A stretch of DNA of 64,000 nt from Bacteroidales bacterium (GTDB lineage Bacteria > Bacteroidota > Bacteroidia > Bacteroidales > GCA-2748055). The DNA lies in the NCBI GenBank assembly GCA_038316435.1, contig JBBQAQ010000001.1:2267-66266 (forward strand), in the 5' to 3' direction. The notes under the pieces were generated by a model that saw only the letters and a list, made by a program, of their open reading frames with translations, searched no databases and was not told the DNA's origin. The position numbers and the translations under genes are program-made. This document shows, in pieces, positions 9,257 through 18,602 of this stretch (positions within the stretch are counted from its first letter, which is position 1; the number at the start of each line of letters is the position of its first letter).

Positions 9257-11725
9257 TTATATCCCTTTCTTATTCCTTTCAAGTATTGTAGTGTCGCTAA
9301 AGTCATTTTCTGAAATATACCCTTGAAGAGGAACAATTTTTTGATGTATTGCATCAAGTATCCACTCTGTCTGAGGAAAAAAGAAGTCTTCAAGTTCATG
9401 TGCAGGAACAATCCAGTTTCTGGAGCCAACTACAACAGGAGGGGCATCCAGATCGTCAAAAGCAAGTTCTGAAATTGTATGCGCCATTTCTTTTAGGAAT
9501 GATCCACGCGAATTTGCATCACTGGTAAGTACAATCCGACCTGTTTTTTTGACCGATTCAATAACCAGATCATAATTAAATGGCACCAGGCTTCGCGCAT
9601 CAATGACCTCAGCAGAGAGGCCATACTTTTCCTTCAAAATGTCGGCCGCTTCTATTGCCCTGTAAAGTGTCGCACCAACTGATAATATGGTTATATCTTC
9701 TCCTTTACGCTTAATATCAGGCTCACCGATTGGAATTTCATAGTATTCTTCTGGAACGCCACCTTCATGAAATAGCTCAGCAACATCATATATTCTCTGA
9801 CTCTCGAAGAAAATTACAGGGTCTGTGCCTTGTAATGCAGAATTCATAAGACCTTTTGCATCATAAGGTGTTGCTGGAAATGCAACTTTTAATCCGGGTA
9901 TATGTGCTACAAGTGAGGTCCAATCCTGAGAATGCTGAGCACCATATTTAGATCCCACGGAAACTCTAATAACAACGGGCATTTTAATGATATTTCCACT
10001 CATTGCCTGCCATTTTGGGAGCTGGTTGAAAACTTCATCTCCACATCGCCCAAGAAAATCACAATACATTATTTCGGCAATTACTCTTCCGCCTGCCATT
10101 CCATAACCGATTGCTGTTCCAACGATTGCACCTTCTGCAATAGGCGAATTGAAAAGCCTGTGATAAGGCAATGCCTCTGTCAGACCACGGTATACAGCAA
10201 ATGCACCACCCCAATCTCTGTTTTCTTCTCCGTATGCAATCAGGGTTGGATCCTTATAAAATCGGTCAATGATTGCTTCGAAAATTCCATCTTTTAGCTG
10301 GTATGTTTTTAATTTGGATATTGGTTTACCTTCTTTATCGAGACCAAACCTTTCCTTTTTCTTAAGTTGCTGAACTCTGGGATTATCCTCAAGCCTCATA
10401 AGTGTTTCAGGTACCCGGTTTTCCATTTTATCAACAGATCCATCTGAAAACATCATATTTCCTATTAATTCAGGATTACTTCGAACATCCATTCTTGGAG
10501 AAATAGTATCATCAATTGACTTCTTAAGTGTTTTGATCATTATTTCAACCACTGTTGCTTTGATAGATTCAATTTCATCCTTGGCCGCAATCCCGGAATG
10601 GATTATATCATTGGCGAAGGTTAGGATTGAATCTTGCTTTTCCCAGGCTTCGATTTCTTCTTTGCTTCGGTATGAGGAAGCATCAGAAGGGGAGTGACCT
10701 GTGAAACGATAGGTAAGTGTATCGAGCAAAACCGGGCCTTTCTTCTCTTCTAAAATTCTCTTTTTTCTGCGGAATGCATCAATTACTGCAAGTGGATTGA
10801 ATCCGTCAATACGTTCCGAGTGCATCATCTCAGGGTTTACTCCGGCTCCTACACGCGCAAGCATGTCGTAACCCATGGTTTCTCCCCGTGTTTGACCACC
10901 CATACCATATTGATTATTCATGAAATTAAAAATAATTGGCAAACCTCCCCGAAATGGTTCCTCCCAAAGTGTACGGAACTGATCCATACTGGCAAAACTG
11001 ATTCCTTCCCAAACAGGTCCACATGCCATGGAGGCGTCGCCAATGTTGGCAACCACAATACCAGGTTTTGAGTTAACCTTTTTGTATAGGGCTGCACCTA
11101 CAGAAATATCACCTGATCCGCCAACTATTGCATTGTTTGGATAAACACCGAAAGGGGTAAAAAATGCATGCATTGATCCACCGAGACCTTTGTTAAATCC
11201 GGTTTTCCTTGCGAAAATCTCAGCAAGTGTCCCGTAGAGAAGGAAGTTGATAGCCAACTCTTTAACGTTGCCTTTGAACCCACTTTCTACAACACGAAGA
11301 GTTTCTCCCTCGAAATGAACTTTCATTATGTTCATCAAGTCGCTTTCATTCAGCTGATGTATTGCTGATAAGCCTTTTGCCAGTATCTCTCCATGCGATC
11401 GATGCGAGCCAAATATAAAATCATCAACACTCAGATTGTATGCCATACCTACAGCGGAGGCTTCCTGTCCGATTGACAAGTGCGCAGGCCCGGGATGATT
11501 GTATGGAACTCCTTGATACTCACCTGCAGTTTTAATCAGGTTAAGCATTGTTTCAAATTCCCTGATTATCAGCATATCCCGATAAATTCTCAGAAAATCA
11601 TCCTTTGAATAAACGCACTTTTCGTCCTCAATGCTTTTGCTATAATGATTAACAGGGATTGACTTGAACTTTATTTCCCCTTTTTTTCTTGCATTATCTG
11701 GATCAATAAATAATGATTTAGGCAT
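9257..11725 (-). CDS. 2-oxoacid (acetoin/branched-chain/pyruvate-type) dehydrogenase E1 component, fused alpha+beta subunits, TPP-dependent
   Basis: 822 aa. The N-terminal half has E1alpha features (SIGQEA, GSHRSHGE, the GDAS...N TPP motif). The C-terminal half has E1beta features (YGEENRDWGGAF, FNSPIAEGAIVG, VVGSRNW). Confidence 0.85.
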   Translation of the reverse strand: MPKSLFIDPDNARKKGEIKFKSIPVNHYSKSIEDEKCVYSKDDFLRIYRDMLIIREFETMLNLIKTAGEYQGVPYNHPGPAHLSIGQEASAVGMAYNLSVDDFIFGSHRSHGEILAKGLSAIHQLNESDLMNIMKVHFEGETLRVVESGFKGNVKELAINFLLYGTLAEIFARKTGFNKGLGGSMHAFFTPFGVYPNNAIVGGSGDISVGAALYKKVNSKPGIVVANIGDASMACGPVWEGISFASMDQFRTLWEEPFRGGLPIIFNFMNNQYGMGGQTRGETMGYDMLARVGAGVNPEMMHSERIDGFNPLAVIDAFRRKKRILEEKKGPVLLDTLTYRFTGHSPSDASSYRSKEEIEAWEKQDSILTFANDIIHSGIAAKDEIESIKATVVEIMIKTLKKSIDDTISPRMDVRSNPELIGNMMFSDGSVDKMENRVPETLMRLEDNPRVQQLKKKERFGLDKEGKPISKLKTYQLKDGIFEAIIDRFYKDPTLIAYGEENRDWGGAFAVYRGLTEALPYHRLFNSPIAEGAIVGTAIGYGMAGGRVIAEIMYCDFLGRCGDEVFNQLPKWQAMSGNIIKMPVVIRVSVGSKYGAQHSQDWTSLVAHIPGLKVAFPATPYDAKGLMNSALQGTDPVIFFESQRIYDVAELFHEGGVPEEYYEIPIGEPDIKRKGEDITILSVGATLYRAIEAADILKEKYGLSAEVIDARSLVPFNYDLVIESVKKTGRIVLTSDANSRGSFLKEMAHTISELAFDDLDAPPVVVGSRNWIVPAHELEDFFFPQTEWILDAIHQKIVPLQGYISENDFSDTTILERNKKGI

Positions 11726-11753
11726 GATATTATACTTTTTACTTGTTTTTAAT

Positions 11754-13007
11754 TTAAATAAGCTCCTGACTTAAACTTTGTATTTGATTTCTAACTTCTG
11801 CTAAGAATGCAGAAGCAGGGGCGCCATCAATAGCTCTGTGGTCGTATGTAAGTGAAAGTCCTATTACAGGGATAATACCGATGATGCCATTCCCAATATC
11901 TGAGGGTCTGTATATGATGGTATTTACCCCTAGTATTCCAACCTGCGGCAGGTTTATAACCGGAGTAAACATTTCAATTCCATACGACCCTAGGTTTGAA
12001 ACAGTAAAGCTCGCTTTATCGCTTTGCAATAATTCAGGATCAACATTTCCTTTTTTGCAACTTTCTGCAAGTGATTTTATTTTAACAGAAAGCGCACGTA
12101 AATTCAGATCATCGGCATCTCTTATTACAGGAACCATAAGTCCACGTTCTGTGTCAACCGCAATTCCTAGATGAACCTTAGAAAATGTCCGGATACGATC
12201 TCCATGCAATTGAGAATTCATTGCAGGTGTCTTTTGCAATGCACGAATAACAGCAAAGCAAACCATATCATTCAAGGTAATATTTGGAACTTCTCCCTTT
12301 TCAGATTTACCTTTTATAATCGATCTGAATTCAAGTATTTTCCTTGCGTCGGCACTCGTATGATGAGTAAGTTGAGCTGAATTTTGCAAAGATGCATGCA
12401 TTCCTTTAGCAATGATCTTTCGAATATTGCTTAATGGGACTTCAGAATAATCAATTGAGGAACTTGTAATTACGGATTTAAAAGTGGATACAGACTCATT
12501 CTTCATTAATGGAGGAGTTCCTACATGTTCTAAATCTCTCACGATTATCCTGCCATTTGGTCCAGAGCCAATAACAGCAGACAGATTAATTGATAATGTT
12601 TCCGCCAAACGCTTTGCCCTGGGGGATATTTTTATTTTTTTATCCGGGATTATCTGAGTCGCTGTCGGTGGCTGAATTTCAGAATGTTGGTTTGCACTGG
12701 GGGAATCATTTGTTTTATTGGCACTTATTGCTTGCTCCGGATTTGCGCGAAAAGATTCTATGTTTTCACCAGCTTTACCAATTACACCAACATTTGCCAA
12801 TACGGGAACTTCATCCCCCTCCTGGTAGAAAACTTCCAATAGTATTCCATCAGATTTTGCAGTTTCTTCAAACGCTGCCTTGTCGGTTTCGTAGCAAAAC
12901 AGCACATCGCCCGTTTTTACAACTTCACCTTTTTTCTTAACCCATTCGGTAATAATACATGATTCAACCGATTGACCAAGTCTGGGCATAAATACAGCTT
13001 CTGCCAT
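11754..13007 (-). CDS. Dihydrolipoamide acyltransferase (E2)
   Basis: Lipoyl domain with ETDKA (lipoyl-Lys), a peripheral subunit-binding domain (SPRAKRLA..GSGPNGRI) and a catalytic DHRAIDG motif. Confidence 0.9.
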   Translation of the reverse strand: MAEAVFMPRLGQSVESCIITEWVKKKGEVVKTGDVLFCYETDKAAFEETAKSDGILLEVFYQEGDEVPVLANVGVIGKAGENIESFRANPEQAISANKTNDSPSANQHSEIQPPTATQIIPDKKIKISPRAKRLAETLSINLSAVIGSGPNGRIIVRDLEHVGTPPLMKNESVSTFKSVITSSSIDYSEVPLSNIRKIIAKGMHASLQNSAQLTHHTSADARKILEFRSIIKGKSEKGEVPNITLNDMVCFAVIRALQKTPAMNSQLHGDRIRTFSKVHLGIAVDTERGLMVPVIRDADDLNLRALSVKIKSLAESCKKGNVDPELLQSDKASFTVSNLGSYGIEMFTPVINLPQVGILGVNTIIYRPSDIGNGIIGIIPVIGLSLTYDHRAIDGAPASAFLAEVRNQIQSLSQELI

Positions 13008-13151
13008 ATTGATAATGTTTAAGTAATACTAATAATTCAATTCAAAAATATAGTAACATGTTAATATAAGATCAATAATTATTATTTTTAAATCTCACGA
13101 AATAACTATTAAATCGTTATATTAAATATATTCGCAAAATTATAATAATAA

Positions 13152-13167
13152 ACTTGTATATACAAGT
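13152..13167. promoter_or_regulatory. Perfect 16-bp palindrome ACTTGTATATACAAGT; candidate HutC/GntR operator in the divergent E2 / gntR intergenic region
   Basis: Self-complementary when read directly. The core GTaTAtAC fits the GT-n-TA-n-AC pattern of HutC-subfamily operators. It lies 10 nt upstream of a TAAATTTG box at 13177-13184 and 52 nt upstream of the regulator ATG. Confidence 0.5.
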
Positions 13168-13176
13168 AAAACCATG

Positions 13177-13184
13177 TAAATTTG
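13177..13184 (+). promoter_or_regulatory. Candidate Bacteroidota -7 promoter box (TAnnTTTG) for the GntR-kinase-GH43 unit
   Basis: TAAATTTG lies 35 nt upstream of the ATG at 13219. Confidence 0.35.
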
Positions 13185-13218
13185 AATTTTATATAAAAAA
13201 ATCTTTATATTTGAAACT

Positions 13219-13938
13219 ATGAGTCAACAAGTACAAAGATTACCTCAATACCGAAAACTGTATGAGGTGCTTCGTGAGCAAATCATTGAAGGTGTATATT
13301 CAGAAGGTGATATTTTGCCCTCTGAAAATGAACTATGTGCAATTCACAGTCTGACACGTCCAACAATCCGACATGCTCTGGATGCGCTGGTTAATGAAGG
13401 TTTTATTAAGAAACATCAGGGAAAGGGGAGTATTGTTCATCGACCACCAAAAGGCATCGGGATTCTTTCAATTGCAGGCACCACAACGGCACTTGGCGAG
13501 AAAAACCAGCGATCTGAAATTGTGATAAAACCGATTGTCAGACCTTGGCAAGAGCCTTTTATGTTTAAACTTACCGAAACTGAAAAGAAATCCGGCTGTA
13601 TTTATATGGAAAGGATTCGCTTTTTCAACAACAAACCAATATTTTATGACATAAATTTTATTCCCAATATTAATTTTCCTCGCTTTACATCCCGTACTTT
13701 TGAAAATAAATCGCTGTTTGATATTCTGCGCAAATATTATCAAGTAGAAATAAAGGGAGGAGAACAGAAAATAAAGGCAATCCATGCTAATGATATAATT
13801 GCAGACTTTTTATCCGTCAAGATAGGTCATCCGGTTCTTCATCTGGAAAGAAAATTCGATACCAACCGGCCAGATCTGTCAATTTATTCTTCAATATATT
13901 GCAATACGGAAGAACAGGCAGTATATGGTCTTTTTTAA
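13219..13938 (+). CDS. GntR-family transcriptional regulator, HutC subfamily (wHTH + UTRA effector domain)
   Basis: The N-terminal YRKLYEVLREQIIEGVYSEGDILPSENELCAIHSLTRPTIRHALDALVNEGFI segment is a GntR wHTH. The length and C-terminal half fit UTRA. Confidence 0.9.
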   Translation: MSQQVQRLPQYRKLYEVLREQIIEGVYSEGDILPSENELCAIHSLTRPTIRHALDALVNEGFIKKHQGKGSIVHRPPKGIGILSIAGTTTALGEKNQRSEIVIKPIVRPWQEPFMFKLTETEKKSGCIYMERIRFFNNKPIFYDINFIPNINFPRFTSRTFENKSLFDILRKYYQVEIKGGEQKIKAIHANDIIADFLSVKIGHPVLHLERKFDTNRPDLSIYSSIYCNTEEQAVYGLF

Positions 13939-14009
13939 AATATCAGGTATATTTAACCTTCTTAGAATTAAAAAATTGTCTATTTTTAAATTGACAAATT
14001 ATTACACAA

Positions 14010-15509
14010 ATGACAGCAAAATATTTCCTTGCCTTTGATTTCGGTGCTGAAAGTGGAAGGGCAGTTTTAGGAACTCTTGAGGATAACAAAATTTCGCTTG
14101 ATGAGATCCACCGCTTTCCTACCGGGATGGTAAAAATGGATAATCACCTTTATTGGAATATTTATCGCTTTTACGAAGAAATTCTTAAATCTTTATCCAA
14201 TTGTTTAAATGTACATCATGTTCAACCTGAATCCATTGCTGTTGATACCTGGGGAGTTGATTTTGGATTGATCGCAGAAGATAATACCTTAATCCGTATT
14301 CCTTATGCATACAGGGATGCGCAATCTGCTGCGGGTATGAATGATTTTCTGGAACATGTTATGCCTTCAAAGGAAGTATATCTCCGAACAGGAATATCAA
14401 TACAGCCCTTTAACAGTCTGTATCATCTTCACGCAATGAAAAAAAGCGGCGACAGGGCTCTAAGCAATGCCAAATGCATTCTTTTTATACCTGACATCAT
14501 TAATTTTCTTTTATCGGGAGTAATTTCTACTGAGTTTTCTTTTGCAACTACATCACAGCTATTTAACCCTGTAAAGATGGATTGGGATGAAGTTTTAATT
14601 GAATCTATTGGTTTGCGAAAATCACTTTTTAATAAAATTGTTCAACCCGCAACAGTAATTGGCTCCTTGAAGCAGGATATAACTAAATCTATTGGTTCTG
14701 ACCCTGTTAAGGTAATTTCTGTTTGCTCTCATGACACAGCCAGCGCCATTGTTGCGGTTCCTGCTGAAGGAGAAGATTGGGCCTATATCAGCTCAGGAAC
14801 ATGGTCTTTAATGGGAGTTGAGCTGGAAAAGCCTCTGATTAATGATCTTAGTTATAAGTACAATTTTACCAATGAAGGAGGCGCAGATAACAGAATTATT
14901 TTCCTCAAAAACATTATGGGGCTTTGGTTGCTTCAACAATGCAGAAACTCATGGCTGAAATCTAATAGCAGTATTAGTTATGATGAACTGATTTCGTTTT
15001 CTCAAACAGCTCAAGCCTTCAAATCATTTATAGATCCCGATTACATGGGATTTTATAATCCATTGGATATGCCATCAGCAATAGATGAATACTGCCAAAT
15101 GACGCATCAGCAGGCACCACAGAATATAGGAGAATATGTTCGAATTATCCTTGAAAGCCTTGCTTTTAAATATCGCTTAACACTTGACCAACTCAGAGAG
15201 CTGACAGGGAAACCAATTAATCGAATACATATTATCGGGGGAGGGGGTCAAAACAAATTCCTTTGCCAGTTTACAGCAAATGCAACAGGCTTAAAAGTTA
15301 TTGCAGGTCCTTCTGAAGGTACAGCAACCGGAAATATACTCATGCAGGCAAAGGCACTTGGATATCTCAAAAACCTTCCTGAAATAAGACAGGTCGTGAA
15401 GAGTTCATTCCATTTTGAAGAATATTACCCAGAGGAAACTAACGACTGGGAAATTGCTTATGGAAAATTTCAACAGATATTGGTGAAAACGAACTCTGAT
15501 AAAAAATAG
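14010..15509 (+). CDS. rhaB: FGGY-family sugar kinase, rhamnulokinase-like
   Basis: AFDFGAESGR, DTWGVDFGL, YAYRD, SGTWSLMGVE, TNEGGA..FLKNIMGLWLLQ and IIGGGGQN all align well with my memory of E. coli RhaB. Confidence 0.7.
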   Translation: MTAKYFLAFDFGAESGRAVLGTLEDNKISLDEIHRFPTGMVKMDNHLYWNIYRFYEEILKSLSNCLNVHHVQPESIAVDTWGVDFGLIAEDNTLIRIPYAYRDAQSAAGMNDFLEHVMPSKEVYLRTGISIQPFNSLYHLHAMKKSGDRALSNAKCILFIPDIINFLLSGVISTEFSFATTSQLFNPVKMDWDEVLIESIGLRKSLFNKIVQPATVIGSLKQDITKSIGSDPVKVISVCSHDTASAIVAVPAEGEDWAYISSGTWSLMGVELEKPLINDLSYKYNFTNEGGADNRIIFLKNIMGLWLLQQCRNSWLKSNSSISYDELISFSQTAQAFKSFIDPDYMGFYNPLDMPSAIDEYCQMTHQQAPQNIGEYVRIILESLAFKYRLTLDQLRELTGKPINRIHIIGGGGQNKFLCQFTANATGLKVIAGPSEGTATGNILMQAKALGYLKNLPEIRQVVKSSFHFEEYYPEETNDWEIAYGKFQQILVKTNSDKK

Positions 15510-15578
15510 TTTTCAAAATGCAAATTGTTTTTTTATGTGCTGTAAATTTCAATAAATCAGACTCTTAATAAGTATTCA

Positions 15579-16922
15579 ATGAATCATATTTTCATCCACA
15601 TAGCAGGAATATGTATCTTATCTATTTGTTCATTTTTCCATGCAATTTTACTTCAGGCTCAGAATCCAATCTGTCCTGAAGGTGTCTACTTTGCTGACCC
15701 TTCCGCTCATGTATGGAAAAATGGAAAACTTTATCTTTACGGATCGCTTGATGAAAGTACAGATTATTACTGCTCTACAAAACACCACATTCTGGAAACT
15801 AGCGATATGAAGTCGTGGAAAGTACTTGAAAACAGGTTTTCCTCTAGTGGAAAGGATGATCAGGTGCCCTATAACAATGAATTGCTTTATGCCCCTGATT
15901 GTGCTTTCAGAAATGATACATTTTATCTTTATTATTGTCAACCTGACAGAATTTCTGCAGAAGGTGTTGCAACATCAACTCTCCCTGGAGGCCCTTTCAC
16001 TGGTGGTGAAATGCTGAAACTACCTGATTATCAGGAAATCGATCCCTCTTTATTTATCGATGATGATGGTCAAGCATATTATATGTGGGGACAATTTAGC
16101 CTTAAGATGGCAAAAATGGGTAGCAATATGCGAGACCTTGATTTGAGTACATTTAAAGACAGTATTATTACAGAAGCTGACCACTATTTTCATGAAGGTG
16201 CCTATATGGCAAAGAGAAATGGAGTTTATTATCTTATCTATGCTGATATTAGCAGGTCAGTCATGCCTACCTGTATTGGATATGCTACATCTGATTCTCC
16301 ATTCGGACCCTTTAAATACGGTGGTGTTATCATTGACAACGATAATTGTGATCCCGGAAACTGGAACAATCATGGCTCAATTGCTGAATTCAATAATAAC
16401 TGGTATGTGTTCTATCACCGTGCCACACACGGATCAACTATGATGAGAAAAGCTTGCGTAGAACCAATTTATTTTTTACCTGATGGCGGAATTCCTGAAG
16501 TTGAAATGACTTCTCAGGGAGCTGGCGGCCCATTAAAAGCAAACGAAAAGATTGGCGCTGAAAGGGCCTGTTTACTCCATGGAAATATCAGAATTCAGGC
16601 AGTGGATAATCAGAATGAAGTGCTTACCCAAATAAAAAATGGTGATAAAGCAGTATTTAAGTATATCGACTTCGGTGATGGAATGAAATCAGTGAAAATC
16701 AGATTTTCCCCCGGATCAAAAAATTGTACATTAGTAATTTCTGCTGATAGTCCTTGGAAAAATCAACTTGCATCAATTAATATTAAAGCCAACTCCGATC
16801 CAAAAGAATGGAAAACAGAGTCTTTTGAAATTTCAAAAATTTCCGGTGTACATGCCCTGTGGTTTCAATTCTGGGGAGAAGAGGGCGAAAGCATGTCCAT
16901 CGACTGGTTCCTTTTCGAGTAA
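15579..16922 (+). CDS. Secreted glycoside hydrolase family 43 with a C-terminal carbohydrate-binding (CBM6-like) module
   Basis: Signal peptide plus the GH43 catalytic triad contexts FADPSAHVW (Asp base), EIDPSLFIDDDG (Asp) and HEGAYM (Glu acid). The C-terminal beta-sandwich ends in DWFLFE. Confidence 0.8.
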   Translation: MNHIFIHIAGICILSICSFFHAILLQAQNPICPEGVYFADPSAHVWKNGKLYLYGSLDESTDYYCSTKHHILETSDMKSWKVLENRFSSSGKDDQVPYNNELLYAPDCAFRNDTFYLYYCQPDRISAEGVATSTLPGGPFTGGEMLKLPDYQEIDPSLFIDDDGQAYYMWGQFSLKMAKMGSNMRDLDLSTFKDSIITEADHYFHEGAYMAKRNGVYYLIYADISRSVMPTCIGYATSDSPFGPFKYGGVIIDNDNCDPGNWNNHGSIAEFNNNWYVFYHRATHGSTMMRKACVEPIYFLPDGGIPEVEMTSQGAGGPLKANEKIGAERACLLHGNIRIQAVDNQNEVLTQIKNGDKAVFKYIDFGDGMKSVKIRFSPGSKNCTLVISADSPWKNQLASINIKANSDPKEWKTESFEISKISGVHALWFQFWGEEGESMSIDWFLFE

Positions 16923-17617
16923 TTAAAAGTGTAAACTGCAGCTAATCCAATAATATAGCTACTTTGGGGTGCTGTTACATTCATTTCTTTCTCATAATGA
17001 AAATAACTGTCAATATCGAGATCATTTGTTAGTTTCCACTCAAAACCAATAGTGTAGCGGTTTTGGCGTATTTCATTCATTCCATCAAGTCTGAAAAAAT
17101 TATCCCATCCAAGATATGGATCAACAAGTTTGCTCAGATTGTAACTTAATCCAAAGGCATTCCTTATATAATGATCTGACGAATTTGTAGTACTAATAAA
17201 ATGTTTTGAAACCTCGCTTGTACTCTTCCATGTATCCTGATATCGAATTCTGTAACTGATTTTAATATCTTTATTAAAAATATTCGTACCTGTTGCCGCA
17301 TCAAAGGAAAATCTTGACTTATTGTATTTTGTAACGTACGGAATGGTCTCAGCATCTGAAGGTATTAGGTAATATCTGTAAATAGCCTTTACATCAAGGT
17401 ATTTAAATACTTTATATCTCAAGGAGAATTCTGATAAGGTGTAATTGTACCGACTTATATTCTCATTAAACCGGAATTGCTGTTCAAAATCAAATCTTAA
17501 CTTTTTAGAAATATTATATTTTATAACCGGACCAGTCCATAATTCAGTACTTTTTACCTGAGCGCCGACAACTGCAAATAAACCCGTTAACACCAAAACC
17601 GTAAATAACTTTTTCAT
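16865..17617 (-). CDS. Outer-membrane beta-barrel-like protein (DUF2490-like)
   Basis: Signal peptide (LFAVVGAQV), alternating aromatic/polar beta-strand pattern and a GLAAVYTF beta-signal-like motif near the C-terminus. The 3' end overlaps the GH43 3' end by 58 nt. Confidence 0.5.
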   Translation of the reverse strand: MKKLFTVLVLTGLFAVVGAQVKSTELWTGPVIKYNISKKLRFDFEQQFRFNENISRYNYTLSEFSLRYKVFKYLDVKAIYRYYLIPSDAETIPYVTKYNKSRFSFDAATGTNIFNKDIKISYRIRYQDTWKSTSEVSKHFISTTNSSDHYIRNAFGLSYNLSKLVDPYLGWDNFFRLDGMNEIRQNRYTIGFEWKLTNDLDIDSYFHYEKEMNVTAPQSSYIIGLAAVYTFNYSKRNQSMDMLSPSSPQN

Positions 17618-18601
17618 TTAGTCATAGTCTTTATAAACAATATTACATTTTTCCCTGATAGAGTCCAGCAGTCTCAATAACTGAAGGCTAAAATCAAGGG
17701 TTAAAACAGCCGACTCAGTTCTTCCCTGAGCAATACATTTCATTACTTCTTCGGCCTCATATTCATATCCGTTAGCTTTTGCCTGGAATGAAAATTCTTC
17801 AAGCTTTTCATCGTGCCTTGTTAAAACTATTCCTGAAGGGCGAAACCATTGATGTTTAATTTGGATTTTTCCTCGGTCTCCATAAATATTCGCATCAGTG
17901 GTTGTATGGGTAGCAAAGGTACAATGCAGACATGCAAGGGCACCGCTTTCATAGGAAAGAGAGATGCTCATTGACTCATCAACACCGGTAGGTGCTTTGT
18001 TTGCAACTGCCTGAATTTCTTTAGGATACCCAAGTAACAAAAGGCTTAGAAAAACAGGGTAAATGCCAATGTCTAAAAGACTTCCTCCCCCTAATTCAGG
18101 CTTAAATAAGCGTGATTCGGGATTATAGTTTGCCTTGAATCCAAAATCGGCATTGAGTATTTTTATTTTGCCAATTTGATTTTGTGAAATAAGCTCAAGC
18201 GTTTTTTCAATTCCCGGATGAAATCTTGTCCACATCGCTTCCATAAGGAAGATTTTATTCTCTCTTGCTGTTTTTACAAGAATTTCAAGTTGCCCGGAAT
18301 TAATTGTAAAAGGTTTTTCGCACAAAACAGCTTTTCCCTTTTTCAAACACATTAAGGTATTCTCAAAATGCAGGTGATGAGGAGTAGCAATATAAATCAC
18401 ATCAACCTCAGGATCATCGGCAAGTTCAGAATAGCTTCCATAAGCTTTCTGAAAACCGAATTCCTTTGCAAAATCAGATGCTTTTTCTAGCGAACGTGAT
18501 GCAACTGCGAATAATTCAGCGTTTTCCGTAACCTTTAACCCAGCTACAAACCCTCTTGCAATATGTCCGGGGGCAATAATTCCCCATTTAATCTTCCTCA
18601 T
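17618..18601 (-). CDS. Gfo/Idh/MocA-family NAD(P)-dependent oxidoreductase
   Basis: An N-terminal Rossmann motif (KWGIIAPGHIA) and the EKP motif (LCEKPFT). Confidence 0.85.
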   Translation of the reverse strand: MRKIKWGIIAPGHIARGFVAGLKVTENAELFAVASRSLEKASDFAKEFGFQKAYGSYSELADDPEVDVIYIATPHHLHFENTLMCLKKGKAVLCEKPFTINSGQLEILVKTARENKIFLMEAMWTRFHPGIEKTLELISQNQIGKIKILNADFGFKANYNPESRLFKPELGGGSLLDIGIYPVFLSLLLLGYPKEIQAVANKAPTGVDESMSISLSYESGALACLHCTFATHTTTDANIYGDRGKIQIKHQWFRPSGIVLTRHDEKLEEFSFQAKANGYEYEAEEVMKCIAQGRTESAVLTLDFSLQLLRLLDSIREKCNIVYKDYD

Positions 18602-18602
18602 T

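Noticed and set aside
9220-9429. The 69-aa ORF straddling the 3' end of the E1 gene and the spacer.
   Set aside because: It mostly overlaps the E1 coding region in another frame and has no motif. It is likely spurious.
13206-13213. A second TAnnTTTG box (TATATTTG) directly upstream of the GntR start codon.
   Set aside because: It is only 5 nt from the ATG, which would imply an essentially leaderless mRNA. The box at 13177-13184 is better placed, so this one was not reported as a promoter.
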